64,000 bases of DNA from Octopus sinensis (Eukaryota), in the NCBI RefSeq assembly GCF_006345805.1, contig NC_043002.1, forward strand, positions 45,384,001 through 45,448,000, given 5' to 3'. A program made the position numbers and the translations under genes. Positions 1 to 13,103 of the stretch are shown one piece after another. The notes below the pieces were generated by a model that was not told where the DNA came from, ran no database searches, and worked only from the letters and a program-made list of their open reading frames with translations. The stretch's first letter is position 1; every line of letters starts with the position of its first letter.

Positions 1-638
1 AGTACTTCATCCCATGTCTTCCTGGGCCTCTCACTTCCACATGTTCCATCTATGATGCAAACCATTAATCATTCAAGCAAATGCAGAAAGCACTTCAACT
101 CAATCTGCTGGGATTTTCCAATTAAATACACACATCATCACATGACCAACCAGGCTATCAGATATTGTTACACATTGCTGGTCACAATATGCTTTGCATT
201 GTTTTAACCTTCAAATGACGCCACACTAATGGCTAGTTGAACAGGCCAACATTCCCCCTTGATCAAAAAGGGAGACTGCAGCAATGTGAAATGAAGTGTT
301 TTGCTCAAGAACACAATGCACCAACACCTGGTCTGGGAATCAAACCCACAATCATGAGTGCAACAGCCTGACTACTGGAACTACACACCTTCACAAATAC
401 ATACATACAACTACAGAAATCACTTTTGGTTAATGGAATTAGCATAACAACCATCTCTTTCAAAGCCAGTAACCCAGTGCCTTATCAGATAGGTGAGCCA
501 CCATTCTTACAATATTTACAAAAGATCTTCAGAAAAAAAAATTAGTATGTCAAGAATTACCATAATGAGCAACAAAATGAATAATACAAGTTTTTTTTAA
601 ACTTACAGACAAAGAAAATGTTTAATACTGTAACCTAC

Positions 639-797
639 CAAAGAAAGTAATATGTCTTTTTTCAGCAACACTAATCATTTTGCGATCAATTGATTGATCT
701 GATAATTTACATCTCACTCGGAAAGTACTGAGAACATGTGATCCAATGTTCATGTCAGCTCGCCGTAAAAGTCTCTGTCCACCACAACTTTTCCTCG
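639..797 (-). CDS. CPSF1: CPSF1 exon (159 nt): (A)RKSCGGQRLLRRADMNIGSHVLSTFRVRCKLSDQSIDRKMISVAEKRHITFF
   Basis: Acceptor AATTTAG, donor GTAGGT; matches [22 protein letters not shown]...KHITWF. Confidence 0.95.
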
Positions 798-1377
798 CTA
801 AATTAATTTAAGGAGAAAAAAAAGAAACATAAATATAATATGTTTAATACGAATTCTTACTTGAAATAAAGTGAAAAATGCAAATTTTATCAAAAAATTT
901 AAAATAAAATTTAAACCTTGGACATGTTCTTGCTGTTTAGTTCCAGATCATTCATGACTGAACAGAGTAATAATCAAAGATGAGCCAATCATGACCCACC
1001 AGTCTTTTTGCATATTTAAGACAACACTATCCAATGTAAGTTGTGATTTGAGAAAGATTTAGGTGCTATGTGTAGTAGGTTGATCAGGTGCTTAGAGATT
1101 CACTTAATGGTATGCTATCATCAAAGGCATCCCCTAATAAGTAGTCAATGCTCTATTGAATTCAAAAGATATTGCAAAAGTATCCTTCCCACACCACCAT
1201 ACATTTCTCACTTATGAACTATGACTGCCTCTCCCTTCACATGCTTACAACCTACCAACCTACACATCATCTATCTTTCTCTCATCCTTCCCCTGTCTAC
1301 TATAGCCTCCGTATAACCAAAGCCTTGTGAGTGGATTTGGTGATTTGGTAAACAAAAACTAAAAGAAGCCCATTGTA

Positions 1378-1589
1378 TAGGGGAACCAAAAGTAGGTTTA
1401 CAGTTATTATATAGGCACTTTAAATTACTTTTAAAATATTTTATTACATTTAAATTTCTATCTTACAATTATCTAAATTAACATAGAATAATGGTTTCAT
1501 ATTTTTTTTATAATTAAGATCTAAACTGCTAATAAATGAATGCAAAAGAGATAGTTGAATAACTGTAAACTTACTTTTAGGCCACCCTG
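1378..1589. mobile_element. Tc1/mariner-type MITE (about 212 bp) nested in a SINE
   Basis: About 29-bp imperfect TIRs (TAGGGGAACCAAAAGTAGGTTTACAGTT / AACTGTAAACTTACTTTTAGGCCACCCTG) flanked by TA on both sides; interrupts a SINE body just before its (GT)n tract. Confidence 0.7.
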
Positions 1590-1629
1590 TATAAATGTGT
1601 GTGTATGTGTGTGTGTGTGTGTGTGTGTG

Positions 1630-1677
<48 letters not shown>

Positions 1678-3661
1678 TTTTCTTTGACCCCCACCACTGC
1701 TTGACAACTGGTGCTGGTGCAGCAGTTTGGCAAAAGAGACCAATAGAATAAGTACCAGGTCTTAAAAAAATAAGTACTGAAGTTGATATATTCAACTAAA
1801 ATTCTTCAATGCAGTGCCCCAGCATGGCCGCAGTCTAATGACGGAAACAAGTAAACGAGAAAATAAATAAAAGATATCCTACTGTTTTTCTTCAAATTAT
1901 TGGGCTGCTCACCCATTAAGAAATATCTTTGGTTACAAAATATGAAGTAATTGACTATTTATTCCAAAAGAGTGTTAGACAAATAAATATAAAAAAAAAA
2001 TAATTATACATGATGAGGATAGAATTTCTTTCAAAAAACACCTACTATTTTAATTAAATTAAAATAAATAGCTGCAAACAGTTCTATTCTTTAAACACAT
2101 CTAGATAAAGACATTTGTCTTTTTAATTTTTATATCTTTTTAATTCTTTTTGAAATTGGTTTTATGGATTATTTATGCAATATCCAACTATATTTCATGG
2201 ATTTAACAAAACTCACAAACAAAAAAAGCTCTCTAATTCATAATTTTTTCTAGTTTCCAGTATTTTTAGGGTTTCAGTTTTAAATACAAAAAAAACATGA
2301 TCCACTTCGTTCATTCAATGTCTTTTATTTTGAAGAGACGACAATGAGCGATATTGAATATAGTGTTTAACAGAAAAGCTACAATTATATAACTGTAATA
2401 GATTCTCTGCAATTTTATTTGATTTTCTTTTAATTCCTCTTAGGTTTAGACAGTAACTAACTTTGTTCCCATTTATATGCTCAAGAATTTAAAAAAAAAG
2501 GAAAACAATTTTCTTTTTAAAGCTTATAAAACAATTTTAATATTTAACTAAGATTTAAAAACTTCTCTGAAATGAATTTAATACTATGGTTTTAAATAAA
2601 TACAGAACAGTAAGTGTTGCTTTAAACTTTATTCATGCACACTGGCCAATTACCAAAGTACAACTAAGATAATTTTGGCCGGCTGTACTTTCTGTGGTAC
2701 AGGAACTTTACCATATCTACCTGGAAAAGAATACTTCAGGTAGTAAAGTTGAACAAAAAAAGAAGGGGAAAAATCAATTGCATGTGTAGAGGATGTTTAC
2801 CATTTAGGTAATTATTATATTGGGGTACAGAAATGGCAGTGTGGTGAAGAAGTTTGCATTGCAAACCTGTGGTTCCAGGTTTGGTCCCTTTGTGCAGCAT
2901 CTTGGTTAACTGTCTTGTAGTATAGCTTCAAGTGACTTATGCCTTGTCAGTAAAATGTGGTAGGCAGAAACCATGCAAAAGCCCATTCTATGTGAGTACA
3001 TGCATGAGAGAGAGAGAGAGTGTGCATGTGTGTGTGCACGTGGTCTGTGTTGTGTGTGTGTTTGCATGGTGTGTATGTATGTGTGTTTGCATGGTGTATG
3101 TATGTGTGTTTGCATGGTGTATGTATGTGTGTGTGCAGGTAAAAAATATAATCAATGACAAAAAGTTGCAGGTGATCTAGTGTGTCACATAAAAATACTC
3201 CACAGTATTTATTCCACCCATATTGTCCAGACACTCACTTGTCACTCTTGACACTGGAAATGCAGGGAACCCATCATTGGCTCACTGGAACCAATAACTA
3301 GAACCAGGGTATACTCACAAGTAACAAGGATCAGAGCATAGATGTGATGGTAGAGTGAGGAAGAGAGATGTACGAAGGTCATAATGTATGTGGTCAGGTA
3401 TTGCCAAGAAGGCAAAAGTAGGAGTCGGGATTGCAGTGACTAATGAAAACATTGGTAGGAAAATTGGTGGGGGGCAGCAGTGTTAATAGTGAGCAGGGCA
3501 GTGAAGGCAGGAAAGAGGGTTGGAAGACAATCATAATTTATGAAGAAAAAATGTGAGGAAGAGAAAGATGCAGTTTAGAAGAGATGTAGTTTGGTTTCTT
3601 GGGGTAGGGTGTGTGAAAAATGTGTTGTTATATGTGGGTGGGACACAATGCTTCTAGCACT

Positions 3662-4290
3662 CAGTTTCACTGCCGTGAGTGGGTCTTCTCTAGGATCTCA
3701 TCTTGCCAAACATCTTGGTCCACAGTCATTTCTTCTGTGAGTCCTAACATCCTAAGATTGGTCCTCACCACTTCATCTGTCTTCCTGGATCTCCGTCTTC
3801 CACAAGTATCATCCACATTCAGTGACAGGCACTTCTGTATACAGCTGTCTTCACTCATATGCATCACATGTCCAAACCAACGCAGTCTCCTCTCCTGCAT
3901 GCCACATTTAATCCCTCTTATGCCCAGTTTTTCTCTCAACACAGTCGTGCTTTGTCAGTCATGCACACCGGTGTTGCAAATCCAACGGAGCATACTACCT
4001 TCATTCCTCTCCAGTCTATGCATGTCCTCTGCAGCCAGAGCCCATGTCTCACTACCATGTAATATAGCCATTCTCACACAAGCATCATGCAATCTACCTT
4101 TCACTCAGAGAGAGAGTCCTTCTGTTGCCAACAGAGGCAGTACCTCTCTATCCTATTCTTTCTTATTCTAGAAAAAATACTTTCAGAGCATCCATCACCA
4201 TTACTAATTTGGCCACCTAAATAGCAGAAACTATCTACTACCTCAAGAGAGTCTCCTGGGCATTTGAGAGAATCTAAGTCCCTCGATCAG
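3662..4290 (-). mobile_element. RTE-clade LINE fragment (C-terminal reverse transcriptase region, degenerate)
   Basis: Minus frames give LREKLGIRGIKCGMQERRLRWFGHVMHM...TCGRRRSRKT; homologous to the plus-strand copy at about 51800-52330. Confidence 0.85.
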
Positions 4291-4662
4291 CTTTCACATT
4301 TTCTGTGGTTTCTTCACTCTTATCCTTCTATAGTTTTCTTCCACTTGGATCTCCTCGCACTTCATTACCCTTCAGTTCCCATCCATGCCTTACATGCCTG
4401 TATCTTGCTTCCCAATTGTATAGATTTAAGTTCAGTCCCACTGCAAAGCACCATGAGCAACAGTCTTCTGTTTAAACCTGGGGGTCAATGCTTTGATAGG
4501 CGGAAACTGAAAGAATCCCATTATAAACATGTGTATGTGTGCATGTGCGCATGTCTGTGCATGTGTATGGAGAGAGAAAAAGTGTGCATGTGTGCATGTG
4601 TGTGTGTGTGTGAGAGAGAGGGAGAGAGAGATACAGAGAATTCATATTTCCCTACGTATGTT

Positions 4663-5092
4663 CATCATCATCATCATCATCATCGTTTAGCGTCCGTTTT
4701 CCATGCTAGCATGGGTTGGACGGTTCAACTGGGGTCTGTGAAGCCGGAAGGCTTCATCAGCCCCAGTCAGATCTGGCAGTGTTTCTATGGCTGGATGCCC
4801 TTCCTAACGCCAACCACTCTGTGAGTGTAGTGGGTGCTTTTTACGTGCCACCCGCACAGGTGCCAGACAGAGCTGGCAAATGGCCACGAACGGATGGTGC
4901 TTTTTATGTGCAACCGGCACGGGGGCCAGGCGAGGCTGGCAACGGACACGAACGGATGGTGCTTTTTACGTGCCACCGGCACGAGGCCAGTCGGGGCGGC
5001 GCTGGCAACGGTCGCAAACGGATGGTTCTCTTACATGCCACCGGCACTGGTAACACATCTGCAATTTCTATTGATCAATTTCGATTCTGATC
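4663..5092 (-). mobile_element. Short retroposon with RTE-type 3' UTR: about 60-bp internal tandem repeats and (GAT)n tail
   Basis: Starts with (CAT)n then CGTTTAGCGTCCGTTTTCCATGCTAGCATGGGTTGG; same sequence as the 3' UTR of the RTE copy at 52330-52995. Many related copies, e.g. 7153, 23165, 23958, 24418, 41365, 47680. Confidence 0.8.
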
Positions 5093-6101
5093 CTCACTTG
5101 CCTCAGTTGGTTGTAAACTATGACTCATAAGCAAACAAGTGACATTTGCTTGCAGTCCACTGAAAAAGCATCTCCAAGCCTCTTAACATGTTTTGACATG
5201 TTGCACAAAAAGTTCATTAATACAGTCTTGTTTGTTTCTAGTTCTCTACATAACCACGTTTGAGTTGCTTGATTTTTGAAAGACAGCAAGATTATTACCT
5301 TGTTTGAAATGAAAACAGACAAGGGTTGGCATCAGGAAGGGTATCCCACAGTAGAAAGCGTTCATCTGACCCATGCAAACATGGAAAAGTAGATGTTAAA
5401 AGAATAAGGATGCTGATGAATTAACTAAGAATGCATTTTGCTTTTTTATTATATTTGTATACAATGTCTATAAACTGAATTTATCCATTCGATGGCAGTA
5501 AAAAAAAACTTAAACTAATCTCTAAATACATTTAAACTAATGAAAACCATGTATCAAATAACTTTCATTATTCATGCTGCTACGGCTGCTACCACCCCTA
5601 CTACTAGTGTGTTAACAAAATATTTTCATTTGTTCAAACCCTGCAAGGTGTGGTGGCCATTCAAGTGAGTGTCACTGGCCAACACCTTTGCAGTAACGTC
5701 TTTGTAATCATGTCTGCTATGCACAGCTGAACATGTCATTTGGCTTGGGGTGTAGAACCCATGACTGTCTTTGCCACAATCTTCTGCTGCTCAATTCTAC
5801 CCTCCACCCCACCCCACACACACATTTTTTCTTTCTTTTTGTTTCCTAGGTGAGATAGTCGTGGGTTCGTGTTTTTTTCTCAATAATTTGACCCTTTTAT
5901 ACTTTTAATGTTTTTTTTTCCTTTCTTTTCTTTCAGTATAAATATGATTTTAATAAAACGAGGTTTTATACCTATCAAAAGATGCTATGAAGAAAAATAA
6001 AAACATAAACAAGTTTAGGTTATATAATTTGAAATTACTTTCCAGGAATTTTTTTGTTTTTGTTAAATTATAATGAAATATATCAAAATCTTCAAACATA
6101 C

Positions 6102-6149
6102 CTTCAGGTTGATAAAAGTAGACAAGCAAATTTTTCAATCTATCTGTTA
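6102..6149 (-). CDS. CPSF1: CPSF1 exon (48 nt): (V)TDRLKNLLVYFYQPE
   Basis: Acceptor CATTTCAG, donor GTATGT; matches VSDRDRNLMVYMYLPE; follows a 15.3-kb intron. Confidence 0.92.
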
Positions 6150-7003
6150 CTGAAATGAGCAAAACAAACAAAAATTTACAGAAGATGATAAACAAGGAAA
6201 ATCATTATTTACAATTATGTCATGGCAACTAAGGAGATAGAAAAACCCAAATTAATTTTGTTTCAATACTAATGTGCCTTAGACCACTTCTGGTTCTATT
6301 ACACTGAGTACCATGATTTTCGTTCTTGGGTAGCTACTGTTATTTCCTATTTGCTTACCCCTAGAAAGAATGAAAAATGCCTAATATTTCCTTCAAACTT
6401 TGCTTTTCTTACATTTATTCAAACCCCCCAAAAGAGTTCCTTAACACATGGCTATGATGCACCCCTACTACTCCTGCTCATCATCAGATGCACATATTCA
6501 GGGTATGAGACCCTCATACCCTTTTAATATCTAAAAACTCATATTATATTTTTATGATTAAATATTATTAGGAATTGTATAAAAAAATGTTTATATATTT
6601 TGTGTATTTTAGAAGTATAACCAATTTATTTTACATAAATTTTGACAACAAAATCTTATATGGAACCTCAAGAACTATGTGGACCCTGAGGGTCATATGA
6701 ACCTCCTGAGGATTATATAAACCCCAAATGAGAACTGCTGATCTACATGCTTCAGCTAGCCGAGATGAATTCATTATGATCAAAAGGGAGGTTTATGGAC
6801 ATGTTCCACCCTATCTCTACTATTATAGCTCAATGCAAAGTAGTTTTGCTGGCCACTGCTATTATGCTGAATAAGAAATATCAGATACTATGTTTTGGAA
6901 ACTTCTACATGCAATAAAGGGAACTGCAAATATACCAAAGATAATGGGGAAAAGAGATTCCCAGCACATCATTGTGGAATGCATATGGGTTACAGCTTCT
7001 TAA

Positions 7004-7471
7004 CCCTTTAGCATTTAAACTAGCCATATCAGGCCCAAATATTCTACATGTTTTATGTTCAAACTGACCAGCTTCAGCTTCTCACACCTATCATACAATG
7101 TCAGTCTAAAAATATGCTATAACATCATCGAAATCTAGAAGCAGTGAGATAAAGCATCATCATCATCATTTAACGTCCGCTTTCCATGCTAGCATGGGTT
7201 GGATGATTTGACTGAGGACTGGCGAACCAGATGGCTGCACCAGGCTCCAATCTGATCTGGCAGAGTTTCTACAGCTGGATGCCCTTCCTAACGCCAATCA
7301 CTCCGAGTGTGTAGTGGGTGCTTTTATATATATATATATGAATATATTTGTGTGTATCTGTGTTTGTCTTCCCCCTGTCATTGCTTGACAACCGATGCTG
7401 GTATGTTTGATTAATTCAAACCAATTTGAATAAATAAACATCATACTTGACAGAATCTGAATGCTAAAGGG
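7004..7471. mobile_element. TTAA-flanked MITE (piggyBac-type termini) with nested retroposon fragments at about 7153-7410
   Basis: TTAA|CCCTTTAGCATT...AATGCTAAAGGG|TTAA; other family members at 15616-15815, 20816-21030, 25437-25535, 33525-33745, 49623-49800 and 56986-57204. Confidence 0.8.
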
Positions 7472-8038
7472 TTAAAGGAAAAGAATAGAAGCCTAACTGA
7501 AAACAAGTTTCATTGAAGCTCATCCTTGTAAAGAACATGCTGTGGTTCAGACTGCTAGACAAGCAAAATAATGTACTTTTACTTTCAGAGACTACACTAA
7601 CCCTATGAGTTTTCAGCTTTTAACTTTTTTGATTGAAGAAAAAAAAAAGGGGGGATTAACTTAATCTCTATTAGTGATATTCCTCTTCTTACAGTGAAGA
7701 AGAAAATACATTTATACATTGTTGTTTGTGATAAGAGAGAAAAAAAATTATCAGCAGATGTAGCACAATCATCATCATCATCATTTGATTTGAAATTTTG
7801 TTTTATATATTCAAATTACATGTCCATTTCTTTTATCTTTCATTTGTTTTAGTCACTGGAATGCAGCCATGCTGGGGCACTGCACGAAGAGTTTAGCCAA
7901 ACAAATCAACAAATCAAATTAAGTCTGATACTCATTTTATCTGCCTCTTTTGCTGACCTGCTAAGTTACAGGAACATAAACAAACTAATACGTGCTGGTG
8001 GAGGACAAACACAAAGATACACACATACATACATGCAT

Positions 8039-8073
<35 letters not shown>

Positions 8074-8744
8074 ATTTTATTTTATTTAGTCAAGGAACTA
8101 AAGTCCATTAAGGGAATCAAGCATCCTAGTTTATCATTGAAACATACAGGTATTTAGAAAACTTTATGAATGTGAAAAGGAAGAAAATAGAAAAAATTGA
8201 TGTACAGACGTTATTTATTTCAAAGACATTCAAATTCATGTAGAGAAATTCCTGCCTACAGCTGTTTCCACACCCAATAAATTGATTGGGTATGGAAACA
8301 GGTGTATGCAGGAATTTTTCTATATGAATTCAAATGTACGTCAATTTTTTTCTATTTTCTTCCTTTTCTCATTCATATATACATACACACACACATATGC
8401 ATGATGGGTTACACACAGTTTCTGTCAGTCAAATTCATTCACAAAGCATTGGTCAGCCAGAGGCTCTAATAGAAGACATCTACCCAAGGTGCTACGCAGT
8501 AAAACTAAACGAGAAACCACATGGCTGCAACGAGAAACCACATGGCTGCAACGAGAAACCACATGGCTTAATCACACAGCCATGCCTGCACCTATATTAT
8601 TATTGTTATCATTCTTGTATACTAATGTTTTCAGTAAACTATTGCTTTTTCAGCTCACATGCATTCAACCTAAATCAGAGGCTCACTTTATACATCCAAT
8701 AAGATATAACAATTTGTCTTAGACCAGTCACTGCGAATATATTA

Positions 8745-9175
8745 CACTGTGTAACATGACTTTTGTCCTTGGATAGTAACTGTTCTTTCCTGTTTGCTTA
8801 CACCTAGAAAGTAAGAAAACTGGCTAATATTTCCTTCAAACTTTGCTTTTCTTGCATTTATTAAAATCCCCAAAGAGTTCTCCTCAGCTCATGGCTATGA
8901 TGCTCCCCCACTACTATTACTACCACTCATCATTAGAGATGCACATATTGTCAGCCACTAAGGGACATGTTCAAGAGGTTAAAGATCAAGCAACAGACAA
9001 GCAAATCTGTGGTATTGAACAGAATGTTTGATGTAACAATATTTCTGCTTCAACATCTCAGTGCTGAATCTGTCTGAAATGTAACGGAAAATAGGTCAGT
9101 TACAAAACACAGGTTACAAAAGCCAAGTTTAAAGAGAATAGTGGTAATTTCCTTTGATTCACTTACTGACCAAAG
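8745..9175. repeat. Unclassified interspersed repeat, about 430 bp
   Basis: Alignable by eye to 54200-54640 (same orientation), 6325-6500 (partial) and 39620-39780 (inverted, partial). Confidence 0.7.
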
Positions 9176-9254
9176 ACCAAACATTGAAATTTAGTTACAC
9201 AGTGTTATTGTTTAGCTAATTCAAAGAACTGTACAACAACTACTTTTTACTGAA

Positions 9255-9490
9255 GGCGGCGAGCTGGTAGAATCGTTAGCACGCCGGGCGAAATGCTGGG
9301 CTGTATTTCGTCTGCCATTACGTTCTGAGTTCAAATTCCGCCGAGGTCGACTTTGCCTTTCATTCTTTCGGGGTCGATAAATTAAGTACCAGTTATGCAC
9401 TGGGGTCAATGTAATCGACTTAATCCATTTGTATGTCCTTGTTTGTCTCCTCTGTGTTTAGCCCCTTGAGGTTAGTAAGGAAATAGGTAC
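9255..9490 (+). mobile_element. tRNA-derived SINE, CpG-rich young copy
   Basis: Head GGCGGCGAGCTGGTAGAATCGTTAGC with B-box GAGTTCAAATTCC. Same family inverted at about 38625-38820, 42460-42665, 46450-46685 and 49815-49965; direct at 53845-54060 and 61690-61850. Confidence 0.8.
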
Positions 9491-10029
9491 CATCAACATT
9501 CCTGAAACTTTGCTTAACTTCATATACTGTAAGCCACTGAATGAGATTCTAAGTAAACTGTTTGACATTTTATTGAATCATTAGAATAATGGTAAGTTGG
9601 TTGAATTGTTAGTGCATTGGATAAAATGCCTTGTGATAATTTCTTCCAACTCGTTACATTCTGGTTTCAAATCCTGCAGAGATCAACTTTGCTTTTCATT
9701 TTTTTCAGAGTAAATAAAATAAAGTTCCAGTCAAGTACTGATGTCAATGGTATTGACAAAACAACTTGTCCACATTTGACAATCCCTTTATCAATCATAA
9801 GTCGCTATCTTTTTTCTCCCCACCACTTATGCTGATCTCATCATTCTCATCACTATGCCCACTTGCCCTTCAGTAGACCTGTAGATAAGTAGATAGAAAT
9901 ATCTTTTATCTTTTACTTGTTTCAGTCATTAAACTGCAGCCATGCTGGGGCACTGCCTTGAGGAAGTTTTGTCGACTGGGTCAATCCCAGTACTTTTCCT
10001 TTAAGCCTGGTACTTATTCTATCAGTCTG

Positions 10030-10500
10030 CTAAGTTACAGCTAAGTTAGAGGAGGAGGATACAGGAGGAGGGTAGGTGAGGGGAAGGGTAGAGGTGGAGG
10101 AGGAGGATAATAGAGGAGGGGATGTGAGGAGAATGGGAGGATGAGGATGGAAGGAGGGGAATGGGAGGAGAGCGGGATCAGGATGGGAGGAGAGGGAGGA
10201 CGAAAGAAGGAGGGGAGGAGGGGAGGGAGGGAAGATGGGCGGGGGAAGTTAGGAGGGCAAAGGAAGGAAGGGGGGATGAAAGGAGAGGGTGGGAGGGGAG
10301 GGGAAGAGGGGGGAAGAGGGGTAGAGGAGGGGAGAAGAGGGGGAGGGGATGATGAGGAAGAGGAGGAGGGGATGAGGAGTAAGAGGAGGAGTGGATGAGG
10401 ACGAAAGAAGGGGAATGAGGGGGAGGAGGGGGAAGGGGTAGAGGTAAGGAGGGAAAGGAGGAAGGTAGGACAGAGGAAAAAGGGGAGGTGAGTAGGGAGG
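10030..10500. repeat. Purine-rich (G/A) low-complexity tract, about 470 bp
   Basis: Almost only G and A on the plus strand with many GGG-GGGGG runs. Confidence 0.9.
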
Positions 10501-12502
10501 TACTTCAGTTGACATTGGCAAGAAATAATGATGTACTTTCTTTTTTTATTTTATTTTATTTTATTTCATCTTATCTTCTCTGCAGCTATTCTCCCTAAAT
10601 AAACATGACTAGATTTTCTGCCTACTTCTTTTACGGATATACTGTAAAATCCATCCACTGTATTTTCTAGCTTGATCTACTGTGATAACAACAGCCTCTC
10701 ATATTATTGGAATTAAGATTATCCAAACTTGATAATAATAATGATGATGATGACTACGTATAAATTAATATTTGGTGTAACATAATTCAAGACTGCTGAA
10801 GCAAAAAATTTCCCTTACCAATTAAAATTCAAAAATTAAAGAAACTAAAATAAATAGATGAATGAATAAATAAATAAATAAATAAATATATAGATAAATA
10901 CATGAAATGTGATATTGAGGCGAACAAGAGAAATTAAGTACAAATAGCTTTTTGAGGAAGAAAAGTAGCATAAATAATTACATTCAATATTGGATTTTGC
11001 ATTTGGAATTTATTTGATAAGAATCTCAGATTTCTTTGTGAAAAAGTTTATTTCTTTGTTTAGCTTTGTCATTAATGTTTCGTTAATGATCTCCTCTGTG
11101 TTATGCGTTATGTTGTCTTTTATATCTGAGTGTGAATACTTTCTTATTACCTGTGAATATTTGCATATGTTTTCTATATTATCATCATCATTTTTACATC
11201 TACTTTTCCCTTGCTAACACAGGTTACATAAATTGTGCATGTATGTGTACACATACACACACACATACACAGAGATATATAGGTATATATGAGATGTTTT
11301 CTACATAAATACAATTTTCAGCTAGTTTTTAAATTAGGATTTTTGTTTTTATACATAATCGTAATTTTTGAGCTTTTAGACTTTTCTATGTTGTCCTTTA
11401 TCTTCTAAATGTAAACATTATTTAAATATTGTAAAACTTGTAGTTACAACAGATTAAAGAAAAACTTAAATAAGTCTTGCTTCTTTTTTCTCATCTTCAT
11501 CATTATCATCATCACTTTTAGAGATATGCTTTTTCCATGCTGGCATAGGTTGAACAAGAGTTCTTGAGGTAGTATGCTATAGCTGGATGCCATTCCTGGT
11601 GCTAACCCATACTTGCTTTTCAAGTAAAGTATTTTATTCAACATTGCTGCACACTGAACCACTGCTAGGTATTATGGTTATGAGAGACATAACCAACATC
11701 ACAGCCCAAAGTGGAGTCAAACAAAAACACACAGATAAATGCAAATAGATACAAGCACACACACATGCATGCACATACACACATACATGCAACACACAAG
11801 CAAGTACATACACATATATGTATAACTATACTCAAGAAAACCCATCCTCCACAGCAGAAGTATTAAGGCCATTTCCCTTGGTGAAGAGGGGTGCCATGTA
11901 AAAGCGCTTGTGCTGGGGCCACATTAAAAGAACCCAGCACACTGTAAAGTGGTTGGTGTTAGGAAAAAAGCATCCAGCTGTAGAAACCAAGCCAAATCTG
12001 GGACTTGGTGCAGCTCTCCAGCTTGCCAGTTCTGGTCAAACTGTCCAACCCATGCCATCATTGAAAACAAACATTAAAGGAGTAGGATAATGATGATGAT
12101 GACTTCCATATAGTTTCTGTCTACCAATTTCACTAAGAATACATCGAAGGAGACTTGCCCAGGGTGTTATATACAGTGAGATCTAAACTGAAATCACATG
12201 GATGTGAAATAAAACTTCTTAACCCTATAGCCATTACTGTGAGTCTGTTATGTATTATTATCATCATCATCATCTTTATTATAAACTTCAATATTTTATT
12301 TTTTATCTTATACTCGTTTCAGTCAGTGAAGCATTATACTGAAGAGCTTAGTTGAACAAACTATCCTCAGTACTTATTTTTTATAAATCTCATGTTATTC
12401 TATGGGTCACATTTATCAAACTGTCAATTTATGGGGATGTAAACAAACCAACACTAGTTGCCAAGCAGTGAGGGGGAAAGCACGCACAGACACACACACA
12501 CA

Positions 12503-12540
<38 letters not shown>

Positions 12541-12589
12541 GTATACTATGTATAATTGGAATGGATAGTATCCATTCCAATTATGAAAG

Positions 12590-13075
12590 AGGATGAAACC
12601 CAATAAACTGTCCACAGTCTGTCTACCCTATGTGAAAGATATGCGGCCCATATGACATCAGGACAGTATTCAAGAGTAATACAAGACTTTGTAAATATCT
12701 CCTTCAAGTAAAACCACCAATAGAAGAGAATATGACCAAAGACTGCATGTACTCCATCCCATGCAGTTGTGGTAGGTTATGCAAAGGTGAAACATGCCGC
12801 TCCCTCAAAATAAGGGTAGAGGAACATCGCAAAGCTGTGACACAAGGAGATATTGATAAATCGGGTTTGGCTGATCATGTATGGAAAAATGGAGACCACT
12901 TCCCCTGTGGGATGAAGTTAAAATAAGAGACAGACAAACCACTGGAAAATATGAAAACTAAAAGAAGTAGCACATATGCTTGGACACAACAATCTCCTGA
13001 GCAGACCGAGTGCAGATATGAGTAGCATATGGGAACTGGTATTATGGAAAGATAGGAAAATATTAGATTTATAAG
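12590..13075 (+). mobile_element. Penelope-like element relic: GIY-YIG endonuclease region
   Basis: Translation KDCMYSIPCSCGRLCKGETCRSLKIRVEEHRKAV...KSGLADHVW, then a frameshift to WDEVKI; typical PLE GIY-YIG motif pattern (YxIPCxCxxxYxGET...RxxEH). Confidence 0.85.
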
Positions 13076-13103
13076 CACTAAAATTCACTCCATAACTGCC
13101 CAT

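Noticed and set aside
1450-3234. ORF-track ORFs rich in HT/CV repeats (also 19198-19537, 30452-31103, 38378-39106, 10141-10521)
   Set aside because: They are translations of (CA)n, (TA)n, triplet and G/A tracts; only the CPSF1 exon portions embedded in some of them are real.
3240-3660. Purine-rich segment possibly from a CR1/L2-type LINE
   Set aside because: No diagnostic motif could be read with confidence.
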